Shown: in pieces, positions 37,558 through 51,466 of the stretch
How positions within the stretch are numbered: the first letter of the stretch is position 1
How the letters are laid out: every line of letters begins with the position of its first letter
Translations under genes and position numbers: made by a program
Notes under the pieces: generated by a model
Told to the model about the DNA's origin: nothing
The model's input: only the letters and a program-made list of their open reading frames with translations
Database searches by the model: none
Source: Balanoglossus misakiensis
Lineage: Eukaryota; Animalia; Hemichordata
NCBI GenBank assembly: GCA_040954595.2
Contig: CM082586.2
Location: forward strand, 1,555,124 to 1,619,123
Reading direction: 5' to 3'
DNA length: 64,000 nucleotides

Positions 37558-38457
37558 AGTGTTGAAAAATTGGTTCGAGTCAAAGGAAATCGGCTAGCTA
37601 AGCACATGAATCATGATCACAACCTGTGAAAATGGCGCAAACGGGCCTCGGTGATTGTATTTTGCCTTGGGATGTGGGTTCTGTCTCATGCGGCAACCCC
37701 GGGCTTTATTCAAAACGCTTGGCAACATCTGTTCTGTAAAGTCGTTGAATTGGGCGATGAACTCCATAAAGGAGCCGTTATTCAGGGACACTTGCGTGTT
37801 ATTACTAGTGTGATGTAATGGCGAAAATCACAAACAGGCTGATATGTGTTTCCTGGGGGTGTATACACAACAGACAAATCATGTTAACTAACTACTTGAA
37901 AGAGCTGTACTCCTGTATTGGCATTCCTGGTCGCGGTATGGTCGGTCAAGTAACAGGTCAACCGCCGACTTAAAGTGACACAGAAGATTTAGTGCTGCCA
38001 TAGCTATGGTCTGTGATCATGATGATTTGACCGATTGCCGTCGTTGTTGGCAGCCCACGTCAGAGAGGAGGGCTTGGTCTTCTGACAGTGACTAATTGCC
38101 GCTGCGAACATATTAGCTTCGCGAGGTTGTGGGGGATGGCAAACGGATTGCAGGAGTTACACAGAGACTTTGCAGACGGTAAGTTAGCATCTACAAGACA
38201 CACGGTTGCTTGTCTTGAGCCCAATCTTGTGATTGACCCGTAAGTTGGACCTTCTTATTGAAGTGAAGTTGAACTATACATATGTCGTGTCTCACGATCC
38301 GTGAATGTTTTGTATCTATCGCTCGACACGCTTTGACAGTTACAACGCTTGATATATGGCATAACTGACTTTTTGGTCTCTTTTCCACGCATGCCAACAG
38401 ATCCACTCTGATCGAACCACGCTTTGACGAAATATAAACACGTTCAAAGCAGAAGTG

Positions 38458-41400
38458 ATGGCTACAGCCTCCGCCATGGCATGGTCGATGATTTCTCTTC
38501 TCGTCGTACTGGTGTCTGTTCCGTGGGAACCAGCATTTGCGGAACCATCCTATACAATACCGGAGGACGGTAAGCCAGGGTTTCAGATTTTGCGGGGATT
38601 TCCGTAAAAAGGAGTGGCAATTGGCGGTGGTCGTAAAGTAGTTTGACAGTGCGTTGTGCGCTTAATTCAGTACATGCGTCTTCACACGACTCTGGTTAAG
38701 GTTAACGAAAACACCAACATGACGCTTCTGGACCAAATATGGCGCAAAACAGGGATTCGTGTGCCAGTCCCCCTCCCCATAAACAAAAACCGTTCTGAGC
38801 TTTGCGTGGCTTAATAAGATCAACAAAATTATCATTTTGCAATTGGCCGCGGCTTTATTGGATTTCGAACACGTTATCAGGTAAACCAACAGCACACTCC
38901 GATACGCACCATCTCTGCGATACACGTTATTGCCTAGCAAATAACAAGCTGTGTTACATGTACATATGATTCGTAATCTTGAAGCAATTCTCCCGAATGC
39001 CTTACTAATCAGACATTTCGAAAAGTGTGGCATACAGATCCACCCACAGGAAAACTCCATCTTGGATAGAAACATTTTATTGTACTTGAGCTAGCTTCTA
39101 AATATTGGACCATAATTTTATGAGTGGGGGTATGGTCACTCGTAAATGTGTCAACAAGTTAGCTATGCACAAAACACACGATTCGAGTGAATGAATTTCA
39201 ACATATATTTATGTGCAGTACAGTACATGCAAAGCAAACAAATAAAATTAATGGCAAAGTTATAATGGCAAAAACAAGTTATGAAAGATCTTGTATAATA
39301 CGGGATGAAGATAAGTGTCATTACTCTCCAAAGGAATAGATCTGCGCCATTTACTGTTGTGGTGTTTTAAGAGAAGAAGATTACAAATCATGGTTTTAGA
39401 CTTCATGCCTTAATTATTGTCCTGGGAATGTTTGCTGCATTCTCAGCGTACTTTTGCCAATGAAGGAAATAAAATAGCCAGATTTTATAACTTCTGTTAC
39501 ACATTGAGAGTAGGCCGACAAAGTACCATGTGCACGATAGGGTGACACATTTCTTGAGCGGCGCTTTCTATGGATTTATTTGGAAAAGTTCGCGTGCGTG
39601 GGCCGTTAGATGATGGTTGAATTTTCCTCCAGCGGCCGACATTTTGACATTATGCAGTGCAAATGCAATATTTTTGCGGAGATCGATGAGGAAAGTAAGG
39701 ATGTAAATATGCAAAAACCAGTGGCTGGAAAGAGTTCAACCCTTCCGCGAGAAAAGGAATTCTGTATCCTGCTCTTCCGGCCAGCCACGAGTTTTTCTGA
39801 TCATTTTGATTGCGTCGTAAACTTTAACCGCGAGCTGCAGGTCTGTTATTCTTTTGACACCCGAGCTTTACCGACAGAACAGTCGAAAATTCACACTTTT
39901 ACTTTTGAAACGAGATTTTTAGGGGCGGGCCCTGGGGAAGCCATTAATGCAACGGCCAGTCCAAAAACCCTTACAGTTTCTCACCATGCCGAACAAATTT
40001 TTGAACAAATGCATCGATTAGATACTAGTATTAAATTCAGTTTACATGAATTCTACCCGACAGGTCTGTACGCCCACGCGAAATTATGACGTCACAGTGG
40101 CTTTTCTGGTAAAGATGAAACACAATTGATGAGAAACACGACGAACCAACTGACCAAATGATACTTTGTTTACAGTCAGTTCTAATTTTGGAAGTGCAAG
40201 ATACAAATACCAGGCATATTCGTTCGCTTGGTTTATGTACTGTATCCCGGATGTTGAAGTTGGTTAAACCTTCTTCGTGTTCCTGGGGCAAATATTTCAG
40301 CATTCATGAGTTAGCATTTCATGTGAATGTATTTATTCAAAAAGCCGCCGGCACTTTCCCGAGAACGCCTAGTGATACGACCACCAAGTAAATTTACGAC
40401 AGCATTGTGGGCAGTGGGAATGAACGAGTTACGATTGTGCCACGGTTAATTTCTGGCGTTCCGGCTTGCGGCCAAACTCGTAAAACAATAACCGTTACTC
40501 CATCTGAACATTTACTCGTATACAGCAACGCTCAACTCAACCGTGCCCTACGTAAAATTTTCAAATAGAACTTGCTAAATATCCACTTATTTTCCGGTGA
40601 TGATTACGGTCCAGATAGAGACGCGAGAGAAATGTAATCAAGATCAAAACCAATTTTATTTCGTAGCAGTCGATCAATCAACCGATTATTCCCAGATGTC
40701 CGTCCCTAATTGGTACTTTCGGAAATTGAATTCACGATTTATGCGCGAAGGTTGGTCTCTCATTCGGGCCTAATGGACTTATGATTTATAAAAAACAAAA
40801 CAGGTATCATAAATAATGTCAAAAAGATGAGAAATAAACTATCGTGTTGGCTGAACCTCGCCTCGGGATCGTCGACCCCTGCGAAATACAAATATGCAAA
40901 TGAGACGACGGTGCGACGATTAATCGTCCTTAATGGTCAATTAATGTTAGCGACCACATCACGACCGAGAGTATTCGCGCGGGCGTAAAAGAATCCCCGT
41001 AATTTTGTCGCAGTTCACGATTCCCTTGGCGGGCATATACTTGTTAGATGCCCCGGGCACTTCATTGTTTATTCACGAAGTCGGTCACAGGCCATTAGCA
41101 ATCTTTCCACGAACAAACAATTTCGTGTGATTGGAAAATCGACCTAAAATCCTAAGTATATCCCTTTAACACGGCAATTTGACCTTTCTACAATAACACA
41201 AACTAGTTAACGTGTTGGTACAAGCCTGTTATCATCATGATATTGTATGTATCCTAGTGGTTCTTGAAGGAGATGCCAATAAAGTATATAGAGATCAAAA
41301 TGAGGCGATCTAGATTCTCACATTTCTGTGACAGGAAACCAGTCTAGCTATTTGAAATAAGACATGCAGATATGCAGAGAATTGGCCATACAGTACATTC

Positions 41401-44400
41401 AATGCGTGATTTATATTTTAACCTCTGACCTGAAGACGTACTCCGCGGAAAATCTAAGACGTGCAATTGGACGCCTTGTGTCGACTTCACTGTGTGTTCA
41501 AAGGTTACATGTGTGGTACGTCGTTTAATTTTATGGAGTCACCCGCGACCCCACACTTGCGTGATGTCAAATCAAGACTCATTTCAAAGTTACAAACAAT
41601 CATCTTTCCACGCGGTTTAGCTGTATAAGTTTAACTCAATCGATGCCCGAAGTGAGTCTGTTGGCTAGTGTGGGCGACAAGCCAGGAATGAAACATACCG
41701 ACTTTTAACACTGCAAGCGACCGTGTCGTAGACATCCACTTTTGATCGCTTTCGGCTGGAGAAAATATTCCAACGCTGACAAGGGAGGAATAATTCATCC
41801 TCTCTGTAAGAACACACGTCACCAAGTACATGCATGCTGTAGTTATATTGCATTTAACTGTGCATGTAACAATCTTGTTTAAATGTTTAGCTCTGCTTCA
41901 ACAGTAACAATGCTAACCATGTACTAAACAGCTGCGATACAGAGCAGAGGTTGGATTGCGTGACCGCTGACTTGCATGTAAGGGTTGGAGAACAGGTGAA
42001 TGTACCCCCAGACGTCCATAGGGTCTCTTTCCTTGAGGTCGCACTACCCTACATTCAAGCTTTCCTACGACAACTGTGGTATAGTTGTCTGGGGTCTACA
42101 TGTATCATTCCCCCCAACAGGTGCAGCACTGCATAACCTACATGTATAAATCCCCGTGGTTCCCGCGTATGCAGTACATTAACCCAGACGTGTCTGTATC
42201 GATTTCTTAACAACATGGCACAGGGAAACTTTCCCAAATTCCTTCCACAGATATTTATAATGCAGGTGTTTTGCACCTGGTCGATGTGCTATGATTAATG
42301 ATATAGAAACATGTAGTTGCCAACCTCCCAAAAGACTGGGTCACAAAATCTTTAATGCCTAAACTATCTAAACCACACTTCTTCTTTATCTGCTCCCTCC
42401 AGGTAAGGTTGTTGAGGCGATGACCAAGGCATTCAACATCTGCAGAGTCGCAAACCAAAGTGACCCTTACTCCTGCTACGGACGCTGTGACGTCATGAGC
42501 AACCGGACACACTGTGGGTGCGACGCCGTCTGCCTTCAATATGGCGACTGTTGCTACGACTACGAGATGCAGTGTCAGGGAAGAAAGGGTGGTGGTAGTG
42601 GTGGTGACCGGCCCATGTCGACATCGACTGCTTTAAAAACGATTTTGGGAAGAAACATCTCCGATTTCATCGAGTGCTTCGATCCGGGAACGACCGATTT
42701 TGCATCGCATTGGATCGTCAGTCGATGCCCTCAATCATGGTTGGATGACACCGTGAAGGAACTCTGCGAAGATACGATCACATCTTTGTCCGAGGTGCCC
42801 GTTTTCGGTCCTGAGAGCGTCCTGTACAAAAACGTATTTTGTGCAACGTGTCATGGCGTGCAGAGTGGAGACGTTGAATTCTGGAACGTCAACTTCACCT
42901 GTAGTACCAACGAGACTGTCAATAAAACTATACCAGAGATACTGCAGACTACGCTTTCACAGCCCTGTATGAAATTTTACTTTCCTCCCGAGGACTCTGC
43001 ATATGGCTTGCGGCTGCCCTGTGGCCGGACTGTGTGGTCGGACTGTGTTCGAACCAATGACGTCGCCATGAAGAAGGCTTGTCAGTCTTATGCCGCTGTT
43101 GTCTCTCACACAAGAACATCCAGCATGTACAAGAATCCTCACTGTGCTTCGTGTCGCAGGGCAAAACTCGATGACGTAGAGTGCAGTGTCGACACAGACG
43201 GGGACAGAATCGGAGTTTTTGGAATTTCTTTCGCTATGTTACTTGACTTCAATTCCAACAGCAAGCTGCAGTTACGCTCAGACAATGACGTCACAGAGAG
43301 CCACGCGACGTGTGGCGAGCACCAGGTGTACGACCCGTTCCTTGACAAGTGCCACCAGTTGTCGTGTCCTGCAGATTTCGAGTTGATAAACGGAGCCTGT
43401 CAGCCATCTCTGTCGAACCCCGTGCGCGGGGACGACAACAGTCGCAGTTACAAACCAATCGCGGATGAACACGATAGCAGTCCTGCTGTCAACACCTCAT
43501 CACAACCAACTCTGCGACTGACAGCTGTGCTCCAAACACCCCAAAGCTTCCGTGAACCACAACAGAGAAAGCAACTTGAGGAACTTCTGGCCAACGTGAT
43601 ATCTGGGATCTTGAAACTATCCCCAGAGGCAACTCTGTCAACAAATCTGACACAATCCAACTCCACGCTATCAGAACGACCACACGAAAAGCTGCAGTCT
43701 CGGTATCTCTACACTTACAACATCATATTCATAAAACCGAACATTACTCTTCCCGTTTTGATAAACGTTTTGGACCAACAATTAAAATATGAAATAAAAT
43801 TGAACAATTTGACGATAAATGTACTACAGGTTACAATAGACAATAATTCGGACTGTAAAGAATATACCGAGCATTCAGTGACCTCAGAGATAGAACTCAC
43901 CGCGCTCGATGATAGTTGGAGTAGGGTGACTTTGCTGCATGCAAATTATAGTGACACGTGGTATGGTGAGAACGCCAACGATTGGTCGATCATACTCACC
44001 TATGACGAGGACTCCTTAACATGGCGGCGGAAGGTGACGATTCTTGGCTGCAACAAATTTCCTCTGCGTTGTCCGATGATACAGCTTGACAGCAGATATG
44101 TGACGTTTGCAGAGGGTGGCGGGGGCATGTCTGTGTATTATGAACCCACGAATACTCTCTACGCGCCAGGAACGTACAACGTTCAAAATGGTTCAATCTA
44201 TGTTTGCAATTATTTGTCTCGGAACGGCACAAGAACGGACAATGTTAGCGCCGTGTTCTTTGAATATTCCCTGTCACAGACAATACTCACTGTGATTGGC
44301 TCGCTCTTATCGTTACTGTTCTTGGTGTTTTCGTTCGTCACCTACTGCACTTTCCGTGGCCTGCGAAACCTGCCAGGGAAGACGATCATGAATTTGATAA

Positions 44401-45326
44401 TCGCTCTCTTCGCCGCTCAAGCCTTTCTTCTCTTCGGTTCCAATCAGACCCATCACAGGGAGTTCTGTCAGTTCGTTGCTATAGCTACACACTATTTCTG
44501 GTTAGCTGTGTTTTGCTGGATGAATGTGATGGCATTCGACATCTGCAGAACGTTCAGAAAACGGCTGCGTTTGCGCAGTTCCGAAGACAGAAACGTACTC
44601 CTGCATCGATACATGCTCTATGCCTGGGGAGTTCCAACCATCATCGTGGTCATCTGCATAATAGTGAACTTCTGCGACTGCGCAAACTGTCGGATTGGAT
44701 ACGGAACCGGAAGTAGCTGTTGGATCGAAGAACCCAACGCTCTCATTATCTCCTTCATGACACCTGTTGGCGCTATCATCGTTGCTAACCTGGTCATGTA
44801 TCTTAGAGCGATACACGCCATCTGGGCAACGTCAAAAGTAGCGCAGAAAGTGACGCAGAAATCGCAAACTGAAAATCTCAAAACTCAGCTTCTTCTTTAT
44901 GCGAAGGTAACGCAAATATTTAGATGTTCGAACAAAGTTAGTTGTTTCTACTGCTGCTGCCACACAATGTACACACACTTTTACATTGGTAATTGAAATG
45001 AATAACATGGCACTCACTGAAAATGTATGCTTCTTGTGATCTTTTTTCAGCTGACAACCATTATGGGGTTCACGTGGATATTTGGATTCATCGCAGCATT
45101 CTCTGCAGTGGAAGCATTCTGGTATCTCTTCATCATCCTAAATTCAACGCAGGGTGTGTTCATCTTCTTCGCCTTCACCTTCAACAGGCGAATCATCAAC
45201 ATGTGGAAGCGGAGACTGAGCATGCGCCGGCGGAGGAGGAAAAGTCAGACCGGTGTGACCCCATCAACCTCGTCCACGAAGATCCGGACGACCGAACTAC
45301 TTTCAGGCCGAGTAACTAGTCTGTAG
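38458..45326 (+). CDS. Somatomedin-B-domain class B (adhesion/Methuselah-like, 7tm_2) GPCR; join(38458..38569,42403..44906,45051..45326), ~960 aa
   Basis: Signal-peptide exon (MATASA)MAWSMISLLVVLVSVPWEPAFA-EP with G|GTAAGC splices in phase 1 to CTCCAG|GT at 42403. SMB motif CYGRC…C.CD..C..YGDCC.DY…C; two YKN..CA.C repeats; 7TM motifs LRNLPGK, HYFWLA.F.WM, Y.WG.P, CW, MG.TW.FG, NS.QG.FIF. Final intron AAG|GT…TTTCAG|CTG is phase 0. Alternative start at 38476 (GCCATGG). Confidence 0.9.
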
Positions 45327-46188
45327 TGATGTGTTTGCTTGTGGTGGTGATGTGTCGTCTTAGTAGCTCAATACTGCTCCGCGTGCGTATCCCGTTCCAC
45401 GCTGCAATATTTTTTTTGCATGAAATGCACGTGCTCTTTCCACCAGATGCCGTTGTGGTCCCAGTAACGACCTTATCAGGTCACATTGCTATATATCTAC
45501 ATCATATAAAAAATATTTTAATGTTTATAAGTACATTGTACACATACACGGACCACTTCAACCAATAATATTGCATCGAAATATGCATTCTCCAATCATT
45601 TTCATGTACTTTTACTGTATATCGCTTATTATATTTATTATATTTTATAATGACACATATTGGGCGTTGCAATTCCCCAAGAATAAGACAACCCAGCTTC
45701 TTCGGAGATATTAAATATAGTTAAAAATCATGTGTTCTAAATTTAATATTATTCTCTAAATATGTACATTTATCTCTGGATTTTTCTACTGCTAAGCATC
45801 ACTATATGTGCATTATCTGGTGGTGCACGGTGTGGACACTTTCTCTATTTCGAATACACATACTCTTACACAACTTGTTACAGAATTTTTAAAGTGCAAT
45901 AATTTTGATCAGGAGTCAATATATACGTTACTTTGCAATAAGTATTATTTTGGACTAACATTTAGATTGTTGCTCCTTCTTGTATATATAATTATCGAAT
46001 ATTTACATGTTGATCATGTATATGCCATAGCTTATATTAAAGGCTCTTGTTGCTTCTCAATTGACGTATGGTGGCGCACTCCCATTTATCTTCCCGTCAA
46101 CCTGCCATGCTAGTAAAATTAGTGATGATCTATAATTGATATGAAGGTTTAAAGTTTATGTGCAATGCATGTTGTTGGAAAATTGTGC

Positions 46189-46194
46189 AATAAA
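46189..46194 (+). promoter_or_regulatory. Probable polyadenylation signal of the GPCR gene
   Basis: AATAAA followed by a GT/T-rich element (TTTTGTGTATCCTTGTTGTTTT). Confidence 0.55.
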
Positions 46195-46955
46195 ATGCTT
46201 AGTTTTGTGTATCCTTGTTGTTTTCCTCGCTATTTCGTACTCTGTATGACATTCTACAGATTGTTTCCGTGTTTGACAAAAGGAGCTTTAAGTCAATTAG
46301 ACGTATCATAGCCATGTTCCAATCCAATGTCCCGAGTGACTGGCTGACTTTACAAGCTCGTAGGAGTCCAATTTTTTTTCCAGCGATGCCATGACGACTC
46401 TGAGTAAAACGACAGAAAGTACATAGGCAAAATAGAGGGCGCCGATGGTACCCGTTGCTTGTTCGACTGTCGCGAAGATAAATACCGGATAAATCTAAAT
46501 TCTATTGATTGTCAGGGTGTGGGAGACCTCAGCCGTCTGTTTCAAGAAAATTATAGCCTGAAAGTTTTCCGAAGGCCTGATGAAGCGTTTTACTGATGTC
46601 ATAAGACCATGGAAGGTTAATAATTGGTCATGTGACCTAAATACAAATGTGAATGCAACATTTTAACGAGTGGTTTCATTTCACTTCTATTTGCAGAAAA
46701 GGGCTGTGATGTCGGTGTTGTGTCAGTCTACGAACGTAATAGCCACATCGACAATGACCGAGAAGAGCACTCGTCAGCGAGACGATGACGGATGGATATG
46801 AGATGACGCCTGGAACTGGTCACAGACTTTCTGAGTTGTTCAGAACACTGGCGACCGACGCCAAGATTTGCTTTTGGTTCGGTACTTTTCTATGGTTGAT
46901 TGAGTGGATATTAAACACTTTACTCGTAAAACGTGTATCCATGTAAATAACTGGT

Positions 46956-47772
46956 GGGGTCATTCCGGGATCAATTAAAGTGAATTATCTTCTAATTTAT
47001 GCAAATAATTCATATGTATTGTCTGATTCCAGATTAGGAAGGCAATTATAGGGCTCTTTCGACGCATGTCATGGTCGTTGTACATCCTATTATGTATTTT
47101 GCATATTTTTAAGAATTTAATAGTCACACATCGATTATCTAATTCAGTTCCTTTCCCCGAGGGTCGCACATATCTTTATGATAAATAAATGAACCTCAAT
47201 TACCCCTTTAATACAGTAGTTTACATACTCGTCACTCTTATTAACATAATCATGAATATATATTAATCGCGAGTGTAAACAATCGAGATGCAAAAAGTAC
47301 GCACTTTAATTGCACTGGGTTTTAATTAATTATTTAATTAATTATATTAGCCACTCAAGATTTTCTCTATTAATTTAAAACATGGTAGTACTTATATAAT
47401 TCATTTTTTTCTGAATTTACAATACTCATTTGTATTTATTCTGGTAACAGTATATCACAAAATGTATGTTTACAATTCCCAACTCACATATGTAAATGGT
47501 TTGTGGGTCAATTCCGGGGTTAATTAAAATCAATTATCTTCCGAGACAAGCTGATGATTTATGCAAATAAATCGATATTGTCTCAGCATGAAGGGAATTA
47601 AAAATCTCCTCCCATGCATGATATGGTCGTTGTATATTTTAAGACATTTATTGTGTATATTTTAAGAGCTGTGATAGAACCTCATCGATTATTTAATTAG
47701 TTGTTTTTCCCCGGAGGATCACACATAGTCATTGAATTATCCCATTTCTTTGAGATATAAATAAACCTTAAT
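46956..47772. repeat. Two diverged ~250-bp direct repeats (46956-47200 and 47505-47772)
   Basis: Colinear shared blocks: GGGTCA(A)TTCCGGG, AATTAAA, AATTATCTTC, TTTATGCAAATAA, ATGGTCGTTGTA, TATTTT(T)AAGA, CATCGATTAT.TAATT, CCCCG(G)AGG.TC.CACATA. Confidence 0.7.
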
Positions 47773-49573
47773 AGGACTCGCACAATGGTGTTTATACTCT
47801 CGTGCTAATTAAGGTGACACTGCATGTTATCTGTGCACGATTTCTTCAAAGCCATAATTTCAGCACGGTAAGGCCGGGGGCGGCCGGCGGTGGCATAAAA
47901 CGTACACTCAGTTGTAAACACATCATGAGATTAAGAAACATTAATAAAGATAAGTACTTACTCATCTGAGCATGCGTATGAACTTGTTATTTTATGTACG
48001 TGCATTATAACTATAATCTTCTTTTTCCATCTGGTTATTGGTGACGAAGTGACGGTCCTAAAACACAAAACACAAGAAATAACAACTTAACTGAAGCAAA
48101 ACAACAAAAAGCGGGGAGGGTTAATTTTACACACTGCATAGTTCACGAAATCCTGTTAAATTATTTTTAGAAGTAAAGCCGAAGATCTTACAACATCAGT
48201 CGAGACATCACACCGACAAACACAATGACCTCATCAACAGCTTGGATAAGTTCACGTCATGCTAAAAATACCCTCATTAATTTGTTTGAAACGTTTGCCA
48301 TGAACTTCGACCTTTCAACGTAACATGACCGAAGGATCGTAACCCTTTAAAGCGCAGCTGTCGCCTGTTCAGGCAGATGCCGTTGTCATATTATGGAAGT
48401 ACACGTACTTGGAAATGTGTCAAGTATTATGAATAAAATTGACACTGCTTTTCAAATTCGAATAGGGTTCATAATTAACAGAATGAAACACCGAAAATCT
48501 TTACTACACGTTTAATCACACTGGCAATAACGGAGCTTTCAACACATCATATTTCACTGACATTTTCATTGATTATTACAATACAGTTAACAATAGATCT
48601 TTGGGTATATATAAATGGCTGTCCCTCGCAACTGCGTAACATAAAACCGGCCTCCCTAACCCACTTATATTTATAATTGAATTTCATACAGTAACAATTG
48701 ATTGTTTTTCTACGACAAGAATAGGACACATTATACTTTGTTAGGTATCACGTGTCGACAATGCCGATTTGAAGCCACTAATGCATTAGCGAAATTATCA
48801 TCAAATTGCGAGATATGTTTTTACTTTGAAACAGTATATATAAGCTCGCTATGATAGGTCAAATATTCCGGGGCGATTTTCCTGATTTTAATGAATTATT
48901 TATCTTTCCCTTCATTGACTATTTAATAAAATTACTATATAAACAACCAAGGTACAGTCAATGATATCATACCTATGAATATTAATATTGAGCGTGTGCT
49001 CATTTAATATATTATGTAAATGACCTCACTTTTACCTGGTCGCCATTTTAATATTCAATTTCTTTGTTCACAAATTTTGCGATGGCTCTCGTCAAAACGC
49101 ACAAATGTTTTTCATCTCGATACTCTAGTATTTTTTTTTCTTTTCTGGCCAATAAAATGTATGCATGCGCATGTTCTTTATTACATAAACAGATAAAATA
49201 TTGCTTTGTGGATTCACAATGAATGATGATCACGAGGTCGTGAAAGCCCCAACAAAAGGCCCCTGCTCGAATATTGAAATAGCATTTGTCAATGGATCGC
49301 ATATTGGGGCCTCTGATCAATTCTGCTACACGCTGTAAACGGTAGACCCGCTTCCAGCCAACTCGGTATGCTACCACTACGTACTGTACAGCTGGTAATA
49401 TATCATATGGCAAGCGGACTATATATGGAAAATTGCGACATAGACAGTGGAACGTTTCATTCGGTTTGAATGCCTCTGACCGACGGGCTGGTCGTTATCG
49501 ACGACTTTTCCGCGCTTTGCTCGGAATATTTGTCCATGTGGACTTGACGTCTGTCAGCACGAGAGACTGAAAG

Positions 49574-51466
49574 ATGGACCAGTGCCGCGCTTTCAAGCCT
49601 CAAGGACTCATCGTCGACAAATGCGGGACGTGTTTCCGAAAGAAGGACGAGCACGGATCCCAACATCCGCCATGTCAATCGGCAACATCATCATCGACAG
49701 TGTCGAAGATGATGACAATGTCCGCGACCGGCGATGGATCGCAGCGAACCAGCACGGTGGTGTCATCCACCACGTCAACCAGGTTCAAAACCGAGCAAAT
49801 TTTGTCGTTCAGCGACGCACAGTCGTCCGCGCGGGAACACCATCGCATGTCGTCGCCATTTTTCGACGACCATGATTTCGGAAGCGGGTCAGAGAGACGC
49901 ACCATTTCGACCTGGCGGGATGATTCCGCTATAGGCAAGTCAATGACTTCGCACAGTTATTCTCGGAATGTAAGTTATGGGCAAGGGACACCATCAGCCA
50001 TCATGGACAGAGCAGGGGACGTCGCCAAGTTCCGGGTTCGGCTTGCCCAGCTCATGGACGACGACCATGATTTTGAGATGGATACCGACGTTTCCTTCCA
50101 AGGTGATTCTTCCGTGTACAGCACCTACGAGGACCTGTCAAGTCTTCCAATAGATAAAGACAGCAAACAAGCTTCATTACCCGAAGAGCGCCAGGCTAAT
50201 TTAGAACTTAGAAGCCCATTGGTCGAATCGGCGAATGTTAATAAGTCGCTAGACTCATTAGTTATTCAGAAAGAGGCTGAGCCAAGTCAGGAATTGAAGC
50301 AGGAACGTGTACGGAGCAGAAGCCTCGGCGCGAAAGAAGGCCTGCAAATAGAGGTTAATGGAAACACCGATGTAGCGAAGGGTGAGGACGAATCTACACG
50401 CGAGAGACTATCGCCTGTTGTGGGGACAAGTAGCGCTTCAATGGCGGAAGAGGGCGTCAAGACAAAGATTCAAGGCTCTCCCGCTCGCACTGCTAACAGT
50501 GACCCTGCTGCGGATTCCTCGGTCGATCAGCAGAACGCCAACAACCGCAAGCAGCTAGCAAACGAAGCCGGCGAGACGAAAAACGCTGCTGCTACAGCTG
50601 CAAAGCGACGGCCGGGCGACAAAATGCCTTCCAAACCCGTCGAGACAAAGGGGAAAGCCCCGGTCACGAAGCCCAAACCGTCGTCTGCCGGCGTCAAGGC
50701 GGCATCTGCAGCGAGTGCTCCTTCCACAGGGCCGCGGACTAAAGTGGAACGCAGCGGCGAGGATTCCGTTGAAGCGATGAACAACAAAGTCGCTGAAGTG
50801 GAGCAGTTGAAATCACGTGTCAGCACACTTCAAAGTAGGATAGTTGACATGGAGAAAGAAGCCGCGTCGCTGATCGCCGAAAATCAAGAGTTGAGAGCTT
50901 CCCAACTGCCGGAATCCGTCAGGAACCAGGATCCTCACAAGGCGCTCGTCGAATTGAAAACCAAACTGGAAGCCCGAGAAAAGGAGTACAATGATTTAAA
51001 GCAATCACACGAGGATCTCAAAGCCGAGCTGGAGGAAATCCAGATAGAGATGGATGAGGTACGGGACACGTTCAGGGAAGGAGAAATCGAAGAATTTAGA
51101 GAAATTCAAAAGCAGCTCGATTCTGCGTCCAAGAACTGTCGCGTCATGCAATACCGCCTGCGCAAGGCGGAGAAGAAAATCGAGGACTTGGAGGCCGACA
51201 AGAAATCGGTGACCGATAAATTGTCCTCACGAAGCGGTGCTAAACTGTCCAACGGCAGCAACAACAACGGTGGTGCTATGAACGACATGCAGCAAGAATT
51301 GAAGGTTGCTAAGGACGTGTCTGTGCGTCTCCACCTGGAACTGGAGAGCATGGAGGAGAAACGCGGTCGGATCGAGGAGGAGAACCAGCTACTTCGACGC
51401 AAGTTGGTCGACTCGGAGAAGCACCGCAAGGAAATGAAGCGAGAGATCGAAAAAGTCCGGATAGAG
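49574..51466 (+). CDS. SOGA: SOGA/MTCL-family microtubule cross-linking coiled-coil protein, first large coding exon (631 aa, 3'-partial)
   Basis: EMDEVRDTF.E…[27 protein letters not shown] and ELKVAKDVSVRLH.ELE match the SOGA/MTCL signature as I recall it (…[20 protein letters not shown]…, LKVAKDVSVRLHHEL). In-frame TGA precedes the ATG; donor GAG|GTAAAT is phase 0. Confidence 0.9.

Noticed and set aside
39610-40089. 159-aa ORF inside the first coding intron of the GPCR
   Set aside because: No recognisable domain or transposase motif and no convincing splice context; treated as a chance ORF or decayed repeat.
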